Shown piece by piece: positions 1-12,115 of a DNA stretch of 64,000 nt. Below the pieces are notes generated by a model. That model did no database searches, had not been told where the DNA came from, and worked only from the letters and a program-made list of their open reading frames with translations. Every line of letters begins with the position of its first letter. The stretch's first letter is position 1. The stretch is taken from NCBI RefSeq assembly GCF_006345805.1, contig NC_043001.1, forward strand, positions 110,484,001-110,548,000. Reading direction: 5' to 3'. The DNA comes from Octopus sinensis. Taxonomy: Eukaryota. Both the position numbers and the translations under genes were made by a program.

Positions 1-1582
1 TAAATTATATTTATCCTCAATTCTCTGTAACTATTTCATGAACGCTTTCATGCCCTTAATATTCGCCTGACCATCTTTTAATTTACTATATTTTCAATAG
101 TTCAAATAACATATCGTGCTTGCTAGATTCCGTCGCCTATAGTTTGATGTTGGATCTTATGTATTGCATTTCGTCTGAGAACTCATATTTGTCTATGCAG
201 CATACTCTTTTGACGTACATTTATGCAGTAAATGCACATAGGAAATACTTATATAATTTTCTGATCTGGTGAAGTTCGTATTCTGAAAATCTGAAACTAT
301 ACAATGTTAATAGTGTAACAGTACATATATGTTTACTTTATTTACTGACGTCGTCAGAGTATGTTAGTCTAACTTCACATGTTAAATATTTAACCGATTG
401 ATTAAGAATAAGGGGTTATATATTGAATTACTACACGCATTTGTAATTATTGGTGTAATGACCCTCTCAAAATACAAGTTTTATAAATGAAAAAATCACG
501 AATTACGGTAGAATAAATCTATAAACATTGGTTATAAAAATGGAGGCGAAGAAATGACTGAAGAAAGAAGTAACCTCGGCGATACATATACAAGAAGAAT
601 GCAAGGGTGGAAATTAAGTGGAGTCGGACGGAAAAAGATGGGGAAGCGTGCTGTTTGCGTAGCACGGAACAAGGAAAGAGAGAGCCGTTACTGACATTGA
701 TGGACATAAAGATATATCGGATAGGAGATGTATTATGGCTAAAGGAGAATTCAAAATGAGACATAATGGTAACTTTTCGACCGTGTGTGAGTGTATATCG
801 CAGTTCCAAAGTTCATTCAAATTCTTAATCATTTGATAAGGCGAAAGAGAATATAACTAGGAGTAAACTGTATGCTGGGATTTTGTAAATTTGTGCTCCG
901 TTGAGACGGTTCCAAATATTTATTTCCGAAATTCCTTCCATGTCTTCATAGCTGAGTGCAAAATGCTAATTCGTAATTTGAAAGTTCGAGTGTAATTATT
1001 ATGGCGTCCATCATACTTCAGCTGTAGTTTGACTAAGTCCAAATTGTTTCAATTTGGCCAGTGTGATAAACCTTGTCCTTTATAATGTAACCTATATTAA
1101 TAAAGATTTATTTAGAAAGGCCCTACCATCCCTATTAACCCGAAGACCTCCAGTTTTGCTTGATCTATTCTGGAACGTACAAATAAAAAACATCTACTTA
1201 AAAAAAGTAGATCTCATAATTCTTCAGACATAAAATGGTTATTCCTTCTGTATCAAACTCATACAGTATTGTGTATAGTTCTTGGAAACCCTGCATTTCA
1301 TTCCATAAACGATTCATATGTGATTCGTGGAAGCAGATTAGTTTCCAAATGTACATCCTGAATTTCAAATTAAGTTTTTTTATATGTATCTTAGCATTCC
1401 CCAAACATTGCTTCGCATTTCGAGTTTGGCATTTTATAAGTAAGCCTGCGATTATTCTGCAAAGTGACTGAATTCAGCAAAGGCCTTATTTGTATAGTTT
1501 TATATAAAGTAGATTTAACTTATTGATTTTCGAAATGAGACTTTATTGTATAGATTTGTTCCGATTTAATTTTAGTTGTTTT

Positions 1583-1815
1583 GAGGTAGCACGGCCTAGT
1601 CGTTGGGGTGTTGCAACCGCGATCGCAAGATCGCGATTTCACGGCTCGTGGTTTCACTGGCGGAGAGGGTTATGCGTTGTGTTCTTGTGTAAAACGTTTC
1701 ATGTCATGTTAGTCTGCGATCACCCCAATACTTGATGCGTGGGTCCGCTTGCAGCTGTTCAGGCAATGTTGGTTTGATAGAGAGAGTGAGCTTAATGTAC
1801 TACGTAAACATTTGA
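1583..1815 (+). mobile_element. Degenerate tRNA-derived SINE-like fragment
   Basis: GC-rich island with a head resembling other SINE heads here (gcacggcctagtcgttggggtgttg) and the cgttgtgttcttg motif shared with the SINE-D/E copies; heavily diverged. Confidence 0.4.
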
Positions 1816-1952
1816 TCACTTTCCCCGTCAAATCATGTGAAAAACATCGCAAAATCTTCTTTACCGGATTATGAGAGACCACCATCATCATATTCAGCTT
1901 GTAAACAAAATTCCAGTCTACTAAGATACATTTGCATGGAATATCTGATGAC

Positions 1953-1989
<37 letters not shown>

Positions 1990-2820
1990 TTTCTACAATG
2001 TTTCTCTTTAATGGAAATGGGAAAAAAATTAAATAAACCTAGAAAACTTACGGAATAGTCTAAAACATATTTCCATTAGATTTTTTCATATGAAAATACA
2101 CGTTTTCGTCAAAGATATTTGCAGCACAAATATTATTGGTAGAAAATGGGAAAAAATAAAATAAAACGAATTTTGGGCTAGTTTCATGAGTAATTTAGCA
2201 CCTCACCACGGGGTCAACAGCAGACTGGGGAAATAATATTTTCTTAATAAAGCATAAAGTCTCAAGTTGATAAAATAGGCGGGAAAACGAATTGTTTTAC
2301 AATCTCAGAAGCACTAGCAACATAAAAGGACAGATTCCAGCAGTGAATTTCTAATCCTGCTGGGGTCACAGTTTGCAAATAATCTATACCAGCACTATGG
2401 CGGTCGCCAATGTAATCCATCACAGTGTGACAACATTTGTAGTCAAGCAAACAATTTAATCATTACTCATTATTCTTGTCTTTTGTCTCAATTCATAACT
2501 GTGATATCGCTAAACAATTCCATATTTTTATGTATGCAGAGTACCGCCTTGGGTATATACACAAACAAACACACACCACGCACACGATCTTACACACAGC
2601 ACACACACACAAACACACACACACACGCACACACACACACACACACAGGAAATATCAATGTTTTCCTGTATGTGAAGTTATATATATAAAACATATGACA
2701 TTAGATAAAAGGATCGTGTAATGCCTACCGGCATTTCTTCTTGTTCTTTAGGTACGGGTTTCAAATTCTACACGAGTCGAATTTGCCTTTTATATATTTT
2801 CGGGTTCGTTAAGATAAGTA

Positions 2821-3183
2821 CCTTTCTACTATAGGCACAAGGCCTGCTTTGTTGGGGTATGGGACTAGTCGATTACATCGACCCCAGCGTTTCACTGGTA
2901 TTTATTTTACCGACCCCGAAAGTATGAAAAGCAAAGTCGACCTCGGCGGAATTTGAACTCAGAACGTAGCGACCGGCGAAATACTGCTAAGCATACTTTT
3001 CTACTCAAGGCACAAGGCTCGATTATAGTGACCCCAGTACGCAGATGGTACTTAATTTATCGATCCCGAAAGGATGAAAAGCAAAGTCGACCTCTGCGGA
3101 ATTTGAACTCAGAACGTAGCGACGGGCGAAATACCACTAAGCGATTTCGTCCAGCATGCTAACGATTCTGGCAGCTCGCCGCT
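2821..3183 (-). mobile_element. SINE-A family, two tandem partial copies
   Basis: Reverse complement of gttctgagttcaaattccgccgaggtcgactttgcctttcatcctttcggggtcgataaa occurs twice (B box GTTCAAATTCC plus conserved central domain); same family as 16484, 33354, 36185, 44509 and 47457. Confidence 0.9.
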
Positions 3184-3374
3184 CCCGTTAAGATAAGTAC
3201 CAGCAGAACACTGAGGTAGATATAATGAACTTAAACTTTCCCTTAAAATTGTTCGCTTTGCGCCGAAATTTAAACCATTTTTGCAGCCTTAAGAATGGGT
3301 GCAGTTTTGGCCTCGCTTTGTACCACATATCTCTCAAATATTTTCTAGAATACTGAACGCAACTTCACTTCACG

Positions 3375-3893
3375 CTCATTGATATGTGACCCCCTTCAGT
3401 CATTAATGACCATAGGATTGCACCTAGAAAGTTACGCTCCGAAGCACAAGTCTGGGCAAGGTGGTTTATGGAAGACCAGCAGCTGCCCAGGCAAACCAGC
3501 CTTCCCTCTCCACGCCACCGATGTAATCCAAGGGAAAGGCAAAGGCCAATACAGCTTGGCACCAGTGACGTCGCAGCTCATTTATTAACGTGCAAATGGC
3601 TGAGCGCTCCACAGACACTTGTACCCATAACGTAGTTCTTGGGGAGATTCAGCGTGACACAGAGTGGGATAAGGCTGGCCCTTTGAAATACAGGTACAAC
3701 GAAACAGGAAGAAAGAGTGAAAGTTGTGGCGAAAGAGTACAGCAAGGTTCAACACCACCCCCAGTCGGAGCCTCGTGGAACTTTAGGTGTTTTGGCTCAA
3801 TAAACACTTAGAATGCTCGGTCGGGGAATTGAAACCGCGATCCCACGACCGTTAGTCCGCTGTCCTAACCACTGGGCCATTGCACCTCCACAC
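3375..3893 (-). mobile_element. Chimeric SINE: SINE-C 5' part (about 3590-3893) joined to SINE-D 3' part (about 3375-3590)
   Basis: 3790-3893 matches the heads at 28150-28247 and 57420-57530; 3375-3590 matches 43491-43690 and the reverse complement of 36840-37028. Confidence 0.8.
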
Positions 3894-4796
3894 ACGCTCA
3901 TTGATAAATCTACGATAATGACCGAAATAATGTTGGATTTGAAATCATTTCAGTCTTGCCTCATATGCTTCATGTTAACAGTTGTATATCTTAATACGTT
4001 GCTTTTACTGGCTTATGACTCTAGCTATAATTCATGCAATAAAAACCAAGATTTTGCGTAATGCAAGGGTATAGGCAACACATTGCAAGTGAAAGGTGTC
4101 AATTTTCTCAATATGAAGAAAAGCATATAATTAAAACGTGTTTTTTATACGTTTCGCTAACTGCAATGAAACATTAAGCGGAATCATATAACTTCGTCTA
4201 TATAGCAGTACGCACCATACAGTTTTAGATGAATTGACATTAGAGTTTGGCAAGTTATTTGAAAGAAAACTGCCATATACGTTAAACGCATTATATAAAC
4301 ATATTTGTTTTCTTCCTTATATCATCTCAATGACCCGTATTCAGGTATAACTATCCGTCACATTTAGAAAATATTTTCATTAATAAAAAAACGTTTTTAT
4401 TTCGTGTCAGGAATATTTCTTATATTTGTAATATTGGAAGGATATATAGTGGATCCAATACATTCCTTGTACTTATATTACCGACACGTTCTGTTTATGT
4501 ACTCAAAAGTTTCAACAGTGTAACTAAATCCTAAAATTATTAAGGTTGGCACGCTATCATTTCTTCCACTCCACCCTAATGTTAATGATAATGTCTTTAC
4601 AACACGTTGTAATGCATTTAAAAATGTTGTGACATCTCCACGGTAGTTTTCACATTATCACTGCTTTTTTTTTAATGCAACAATTTACTGGTGCGAACTG
4701 AAAAGAGATCAATAGAACCACGGCATACGTGATTCTAAATGTTCTGATGCGACATTGGTGTGAAATTTTGGATCAAGATCAGCCGTTTCGGATGAG

Positions 4797-4933
4797 GGTT
4801 AAGTTGGTTTTATCGACGTCAGTGTTCAAATAGCACTTATTTTATCGACAACGAAGTGGATGAAAGGTTAAGTCGGTGTCACCCGAATTTGAACTCAGAA
4901 CATAAAGGCTGCTAAATATTTCGGCAAGCATAT
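4797..4933 (-). mobile_element. Degenerate SINE-A fragment abutting the CR1 tail
   Basis: tttatcgac...ggatgaaagg..aagtcg...gaatttgaactcagaac matches SINE-A with many substitutions. Confidence 0.7.
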
Positions 4934-6112
4934 GTTAGTAAGTTAGTTAGTTAGTTAGTTAATTTTTTGGGTCAAAAACAAAAAGCAAGGCCATGTAGGG
5001 GGACATGGAGTTAAGTACAGGGTGGTGTTCATGTAAAGAGTTCAGGCCACTTGAGGTCAAGGGAGACTTTGAACAAAGCGATCGTCGGCATCTTCACCAT
5101 CTCGTCTGGCAGCTTGTTACACGGATCCGCAACCCGGACAGAGAAAGCTCCTCTCCTTCGATTGAGATGAAATCGTCGCAGGTAGAGCTTTTCGGAATGA
5201 CCCCGCAGCCGACGCTCTGGAGCAGGAGTGAAGAACAGCTCTTTCGAAAGGTTACACTTTCCGCTTATGATGTTGTGAGCGAGAATGAGATCACCACGGC
5301 GGCGGCGTTTTTCAAGAGGATAAAGGTGGAGCGTCTACAGCCTTTCTTCATAAGACAAAATCTTGAGACCATGAACCATGCGGGTAGCCAGCTTCTGGAC
5401 TCTTTCGAGATGCTGTATGTCTTTGAGGAGATAAGGAGAAGAGGCTTGAATTCCGTACTCCAATATGGGTCTCACCAGCGTGACATAGAGCGGTAGGAAT
5501 ATGGCTGCTGTGAGCATTCCGAGTGACCGTCGAATCAAGAACAGAATTCCGCGTGCTTTGTTGGCAGCATGGACGCACTGGGCCGAAGGCGAAAAGGAGG
5601 AATCCACCAAGATACCCAGATCCTTTACCTGATCGGTCCTCTCCAGCAGCAGACGACCCGGCTCCAAATCAAGTTGAGTTGCTGGAGGAGAGCCAACAGG
5701 CAGATGACAGCACTTTGACACGTTCAGACACAGGTCCCATTCGTTAGACCATCTCCAAATTTGGTGGAGGCATCGACGAAGATCCTCTATATCACCGCGA
5801 GGAGCGACCAGTTTGACATCGTCGGCAAATAGAAGGGTGTGTTGCGTGAGGTCGTCGGGCAAGTCATTTATGAAGACTAAGAGCAATAAGGGCCCAAGCA
5901 CTGAACCTTGAGGCACGCCACTGCTCGCACTGGAGACGTCGGACCGCGAACCATTAACTTGGACTTGGAAGGAGCGATCTGAGAGGAAGGCACCAACCCA
6001 TCGTACAATATCCGGATGGAAACTATATGCTTGAAGCTTGACAAGTAATAAGCGGTGGTTTACCGAGTCAAAAGCTTTGGCAAAGTCCAATAAAACGATG
6101 TCAACAGCATCA
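4934..6112 (-). mobile_element. CR1-clade LINE, 5'-truncated reverse transcriptase fragment with (TAAC)n tail
   Basis: Translation VDIVLLDFAKAFDSV...GVPQGSVLGPLL...LFADDVKL...RPILEYG...LERVQKLATRM...RRRRGDLI is typical of a CR1 RT and its C-terminus. Premature TAG at 5335-5337. (gtta)n at 4934-4961. Confidence 0.95.
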
Positions 6113-6132
6113 CTATATTATGATGTAGTATC

Positions 6133-6280
6133 TATTTCTTTACTACCACAAAGGGGCTAAACATAGAGGGGTAAACAAGGACAGACAAATGGATAAAGTC
6201 GATTACATCGACCCCAGTGCGAAACTGGTACTTTACTTGTCGACCCCGAAAGGATGAAAGGCAAAGTCGACCTCCGCGGA
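6133..6280 (-). mobile_element. 5'-truncated SINE-A monomer with a 16-bp target-site duplication
   Basis: Identical ATTATGATGTAGTATC at 6117-6132 and 6281-6296 flanks the SINE-A body and tail. Confidence 0.9.
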
Positions 6281-6709
6281 ATTATGATGTAGTATCATTA
6301 GCGTAAATTCATTTCGGAGAAAAGCACAAAGGATGTAACAGTTGTAGAATCTGAACGTTGATGAGATTCATAACTCTAAAACTATGCTTCAACGTGTGTA
6401 TGTCGCTATTTACAAGAAGAAAAAACCCGGCTGCAGGTGGCAATTTTGGTGGATAACAACAGTGAGAATTCTGCAGTGGACTAGACGATTAGTGTATGCT
6501 CTCGAAGAAAGCATATATAGAAATATAAAAGGACTGAAATAAATGGGCCTGGATGGTGAGAATAATAATATAGCTTCAGAAAAGCGTAGACTGTTGTAAT
6601 AGCGATGATTTGCTAAGAAAATTAGCTGTGCCAGGAGTCGGTGACGTAGTTTCGTGATTTCCTAATGGAATCAGTTGAATGGTCACATTTTGGATGGATG
6701 CATACTGGG

Positions 6710-7010
6710 ACTTTGTCGGTTATGATGAGGACGGTTCCAGTTCATCCAATCAAGGGAACAGCATGATTGTGGTAGTATATTGTATGTAATTGGGCACTCC
6801 ACAAACATGCGTTGGTTTAACGTAGTTCTTAGGAATATTCAGCGTGAGACAAATTGTGACAAGGCCATTTGAATTACAGGTACTGTTCATTATTGCGAGC
6901 TGAGGGGATTGGAGCAATGTGAAACAAATTTTCTTGCTTAAGGTTACAACGCGCCACTAGGCATCGAATGCTCGGCCTTACAATCGTAAGTCGAATATTC
7001 TAACCACTTT
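6710..7010 (-). mobile_element. Degenerate SINE-C-like copy
   Basis: acgtagttcttaggaatattcagcgtgagaca...gacaaggcc matches 3630-3680; a decayed tRNA-like head (ctaaccac) lies near 7000. Confidence 0.55.
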
Positions 7011-7138
7011 ATCACGTGGATATTAACCAGAATGTTCGTGTTAACTAGCATCACTATCTCATATTCGTGAATAGTATACGAATTTAGTACATACTTGAGT
7101 TTTGTTAGAACCAAAACATTTGATGAACTTTTTTGCTT

Positions 7139-7257
7139 TTTTAAAGACTATTCTTAAATTTAAAGACAATTCTTAAAGTTAAAGACTACTCTTAAATTTA
7201 AAAACTATTCTTAAATTTAAAGACTTTGCTTAAATTTAAAGACTATTCTTTAAATTT
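7139..7257. repeat. 19-bp minisatellite TTAAAGACTATTCTTAAAT, about 6 units
   Basis: Read directly; units differ by 1-2 substitutions. Confidence 0.9.
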
Positions 7258-8212
7258 TGACCAGTAGATCGGTTGGCGAAAGCCTCTATCCTCCAGCTTG
7301 TTGTCGCAAGACATTTTCAATCTATTTATTTGATTTTCTGGCTCAAGAAGTTGATCTGCGGGTAAATGTGCAACCTTATTTTCTTTCGCTTAAATAATTA
7401 AATATAAGATCAATAATACATACACACAGACACGCAAACATACACAAACACACACATGTGCAGAGAACATGTTTATGAAAAGAATTGTATCGTGGAAGAA
7501 TCTATCAAGTGTCATCGAATGACATGAAAGAAAGCGGTTTCAGATTGCTTTGATCACAGGGATGAAACTTTGCCCTGTTAGAAGATATAAAGTTTTCAAG
7601 TTTGCATTGAAAGGTGCTCAGAGGAATTGTGTGAAATATTGATATTTACAAATCTTAACGCAATAATAATGTTGCATACCATTAACTATACAGACTTTAC
7701 GTACAAAATCAGAAGAAAGCAGACGAAAATTTGCTTTAAATACTTACGCATATTTCCAAATACCTCATGCCTAACGAAGACATAGTACTATGTTTTAAGG
7801 AAAAAAAATATATGCTCACAACTGGAAGTTGAACCATGTTGGAGGCAAACGCATAAGCAAGCTACATGAATACTTAATTTATAAAATATAATTAGAAAAT
7901 AAATCCTTGCTGTGTATATCAATGACACTTAATCTTTATTACATTCTCCTTTACTAAAATGCCACAAGTCTTCACGAAATCTTTTGTAAGTAGAAGTTCT
8001 CTACAGAGGCTAGCGATTCTGTTGCTGGGTCTGAAGGAAGTCAAATAACTGGTGAGGAATGGCTAAATGTGTCCTTGTCTGTGTTTTTCCAAATCTAATT
8101 CTGTATGCAATTTCTCTCTCTCCGCGTAATTATCTGTCTCATTTCCTCCCTCTCTCCATGTGTGTGTTTGTGTGTGCGTGCATATATACATATATATAAA
8201 TATATATATATA

Positions 8213-9018
8213 TATAAATTTATATATGAGGATAATATCGATATTTAAGTATCAAAATTATCAAGTGGCCAGCATGAAAGAAATACCGTACAAAGGTAAA
8301 AATTTGATAACAATTAAAAATGATTTATGTACCCATGATATATTCAATTGATGACGGTAAAGCTTATTTAAAGCAGAACCAGAAATCCTTGGATCTTGAA
8401 TTATTCAATCATAATTTTTGCTTGTTTGTTTTGTCCCTCCGCTTTACCTCATGGTGCGATATGAAACACTTAACGGGTTTATAGTCAGAATTTCGACTGC
8501 TATTTCGGCATGTTGGTGTCTTTTAGACACCCCTCATTTTTAATTGTTAAAAATTTTTTACCTTGTACGTATTTCTTTCATGCTGGCCACTTGTAATTTT
8601 GATACTTAAATATCGATATTATCCTCATATATAAATTATATAATTTTGTTATTAAATTCACTGCGGTGCTTATTTACCCATATCGTATTTATGCGGTGCT
8701 TGGCGGCAATTCATCTGGCTGTGTCCATACGTGCTGATGTATGTATGTATGACGCTCGTATATGTAAGTATAATCTTTTCTGTGCATATATAATCTGTAT
8801 TTAATGTACCGTTGATATATTCATTGATGACTAAAGCTTATTTAAAGCAGAACCAGAAATCCTTGGATCTTGAATTATTCATAATTTTTGCTTGTGTTGT
8901 TTTGTCCCTCCGCTTTACCTCATGGTGCGATATGAACACTTAACGTGGTTTTATAGTCGAATTTCGACTGCTATTTCGGTCGGCATGTTGGTGTCTTTTA
9001 GACACCCTCATTTTAATT
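8213..9018. mobile_element. TA-flanked repeat with ~215-bp direct repeats and ~105-bp inverted repeats (PLE-like insertion architecture)
   Basis: 8328-8544 is repeated at 8804-9018; 8213-8323 is the reverse complement of 8534-8637; a diverged relative lies at 19440-19610. The PLE assignment is inference from architecture only. Confidence 0.55.
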
Positions 9019-9076
<58 letters not shown>

Positions 9077-9417
9077 ATATATATATATATATATATTGTG
9101 CAAATAGCATCTCTGCAATTGCTAGACGTAGGAGCTAAAAAATATAACTCTAATAGTCACACAAAATCAACCAACCTCACGAGATGTTCAAGGACTGCGA
9201 GCGGCAAGCCACAGCATCTCTCTCCAGTGAGATAAAACTCACAGAATGAAGTAATTTGATAAAACCCTAACACGCGATTTCGAAATTTAACCAATATGGT
9301 TTCGTTTCTCCTCAGGGGAGTCTAAAATTTACTCCGGGTTTACTTCCCATTTGCTGATGAGGGAAAAAAAAACATTGATCAACGTGTGCTAATATTCAAA
9401 ACGTTTTGAGTGTATAT

Positions 9418-9716
9418 CTTTACATATAAAACTGTAGTTGTGTGAGTGTCTGTCCCCTTCGATTTAGATTCCTAACTACTCTCACATTTTGCGGTGCAGT
9501 TTAACCAAAACCGGGTATCTTATAGTCGTGATTCATATCGAGCCCTTCTGGGTATTAGCGCGCGTCTACGATGAGTCTACGATTTTAAAAATAGTTTACC
9601 ATCATCTTTTTCCATTTTTAATGCATTTTTTTGCTATTTTTTGGCTATAACTCTCTAAAAATGCTGTATAGTTAGTTCCCTTACAAACCCGAGCAACGCC
9701 GGGCGATACTGCCAGT
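9418..9716 (+). mobile_element. Non-autonomous Helitron-like element
   Basis: 3' GC hairpin CCCGagcaacgcCGGG followed after 8 nt by CCAGT (CTAG-like end); starts at tacatataaaactg. No coding sequence. Confidence 0.5.
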
Positions 9717-9927
9717 ATATATATAAAGGCAGAATAAAGTAATCTACAGACAAAGATATACACAAAGCAGAGTATATGCACCCATTGATGTGGTACTTGA
9801 AAGCTGGAAAGATTAATTAATACACCATCTTAGCTTGAATTAGAAGTTTCTATACCCTGGTTGTAATATCAGATGCGGAAAATACTCCAAAAACAATGAA
9901 AAATTCACAACTCCAGTATATGCCCAC

Positions 9928-10210
9928 GGGCGTATGGTGTAGTGTTTAAGAGTGCGGGCTACTAACCCCAAGATTCCGAGTTCGATTCCAAGCGGTGACC
10001 TGAACAACAACAACATCAACGACGACGATATTGATGATGATGATGATGATAGTAATAATAATAATAACATCGAAAAATATCTTAGGAATATATAACCCAG
10101 ATTCGAAATTTTCCGAAGACACCTGAATAAGGCTGGAGGGTATATCAGCCGAAACGTTGTGTTAGCTACAAAGAAGATGAGGACAAATATCCGTCGAATG
10201 TAAATAATAA
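9928..10210 (+). mobile_element. Composite PLE-derived element, copy A: tRNA-like head + (AAC/GAT/AAT)n + hammerhead-containing tail
   Basis: A box TGGTGTAGTGT 9935-9945, 7-nt loop CTACTAA 9959-9965, B box GAGTTCGATTCC 9978-9989; tail homologous to 32685-32828, 59549-59752 (minus) and 61132-61281. Confidence 0.8.
10118..10163 (+). ncRNA. Minimal type I hammerhead ribozyme fold, family 1 (core mutated in this copy)
   Basis: GACAC-CTGAATAA-GGCTG(gagggtatat)CAGCC-GAAACGTT-GTGTT: stem I GACAC/GTGTT, perfect stem II, palindromic stem III AACGTT. Other copies show the canonical CTGATGA core. Confidence 0.7.
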
Positions 10211-11514
10211 ACTCCAGAATAGACGTGATCTGTGTTGAAGCGCTACTAGTGAGATGTGAGTGCATGGAAGATCACTTGTCTAATATGTTAAAGAAAAGTA
10301 TTAAAGTTATTATAAACAGAAACACCACCACCACCACTAAATGTGTGCCCATTTTTATCCTAAAATTTATATATGAGCAGTGTGACAGGTAAATAGACAT
10401 CTTCAACCTCCAAAACACTACATTGGCAATTTTTTTCATTAGAATCCTCTTTAACAGAATGACAGAATGGCAACCGAAGGAGAGGCTTGAACGTGTCACT
10501 AGCTTTTGAGCTAGCAACCGCAATGTTGAAACCAGTTTTACATAAATGTACAATATGGAAGGACATAATTTAGCTTTATATTTTGCTCTCCATCATTTTC
10601 AAAATCCTGCTGGAATTTTCCCTGAACGAAATGAAATACTTTAATAAAAGGTAGATTCTTAGTGGTTCCCTATCCAGTCATATTAGACATAGTACTGAAA
10701 CGACGCTAAAATGCGTGGTTGTATGATAAATTGCCAATATGAAATGTCAAATGAGACGCGTACAAAACGGTGCATAAAATTTGGCGTGATATGTAAGATA
10801 CTATCAAATAACAAGAAAATATTTACTCTGGAGAATGATTCTAAATCGAAACACATCACATAATCTGCGATTCTCAGAGTATATTACCAAACTGATTAGA
10901 AGACGCGAGGAAACGTACTTCACTGGTACCTTCGACCTCTATACGTTGAAGAAACATGATCTATATCATGCGATATACCAGCAAGCAACACACAATTAAA
11001 CTGTACAACTATATTATGTTTCTAATCACAACCTACGCATCGGAAAAGGGAGCTCTAAAACGTGAAGATACACGCAGACAAAATTATTTGAATTGTGGTA
11101 TTTGTGGTTTATACTCAGGATATCATTTCAAGGCATGTTGGAAATACTTCCTCAAGGAAAAACTTTCACATGACATTCAACATTACCGAGATAATAAGTA
11201 GGAAGAGATACAATCGTTTGACTTCGTGATAAGACGGTTACACCCAACAAATTCGAAACACTTGTATTCGTCCGAGACTTCCCCAAATCCAGGGTATTAA
11301 GCAGACTTCATAGAGTTGAAGCTCGAAACAGCGGAAGAGAAATCGTACGATGCAAATAGGTGGCGGCTCTCCAGATGTTGGGAGACCACTGTGCACTTAA
11401 TATTTGGAACACATTCACATCCTCATACAATACATACATAGGTTCATCCACTACACCCCATATATGGACAAGTGTAATAATCTTCCTTCCAAACTGCATG
11501 GCCCTGGGTTCAAC

Positions 11515-11581
11515 TTTCGGGCCAACTAAAGTCTTGTGAGAAGATTTGGTAGATGGAAAGTGAAAGAAGCCCATCCTTTAT

Positions 11582-11660
<79 letters not shown>

Positions 11661-11910
11661 CCTATCTATACTTATGTGTATATGTGTGCACAAACGTCTT
11701 TGTCTTTCTCCTTGTCCCCGCAACACCACGTGACAACGGTTTTCGGTTTGTCTACGCATCGTTAACTTAACAGCTCGATAAATATGACTGATAGAATAAG
11801 TGAAATGCTTTACAAAATGTCCTGAGATTGAGTTTGTCGACTTTTCTCCACAAGGTGGCGCCCGACACGGCCGCGGTTCAATGACTGAAACAAGGAACAG
11901 ATAAAAGATC
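11515..11910 (+). mobile_element. Degenerate SINE-B with internal (TATC)n
   Basis: gggccaactaaagtcttgtgagaagatttggtagatggaaagtgaaagaagccc and the 3' end aatgactgaaacaag match SINE-B; (TATC)n at 11582-11665. Confidence 0.75.
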
Positions 11911-12057
11911 TACACACACACATGGCGGGTATAAGGAATTTTAGCCCAGCTGAAAACCCGTATACTCTTCCTCCTTCTCCTCCTCCTCCTCCTCCTCCTA
12001 CTACTACTACTACTATTACAGCTGTTGTTGCTGTTTCTGCTATCATTCCCGCCACTG

Positions 12058-12112
<55 letters not shown>

Positions 12113-12115
<3 letters not shown>

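Noticed and set aside
5005-5496. 163-aa plus-strand ORF, with a homolog at 58705-59016
   Set aside because: Antisense frame of the CR1 RT; it is conserved only because the element is duplicated.
7139-7257. Short tandem repeats (also 47998-48058) as possible CRISPR arrays
   Set aside because: No unique spacers, eukaryotic context, no cas genes.
9959-9966. TACTAAC, the yeast branch-point consensus, also at about 60884
   Set aside because: It is the anticodon-loop position of the tRNA-like head in a repeat; no linked splice acceptor.
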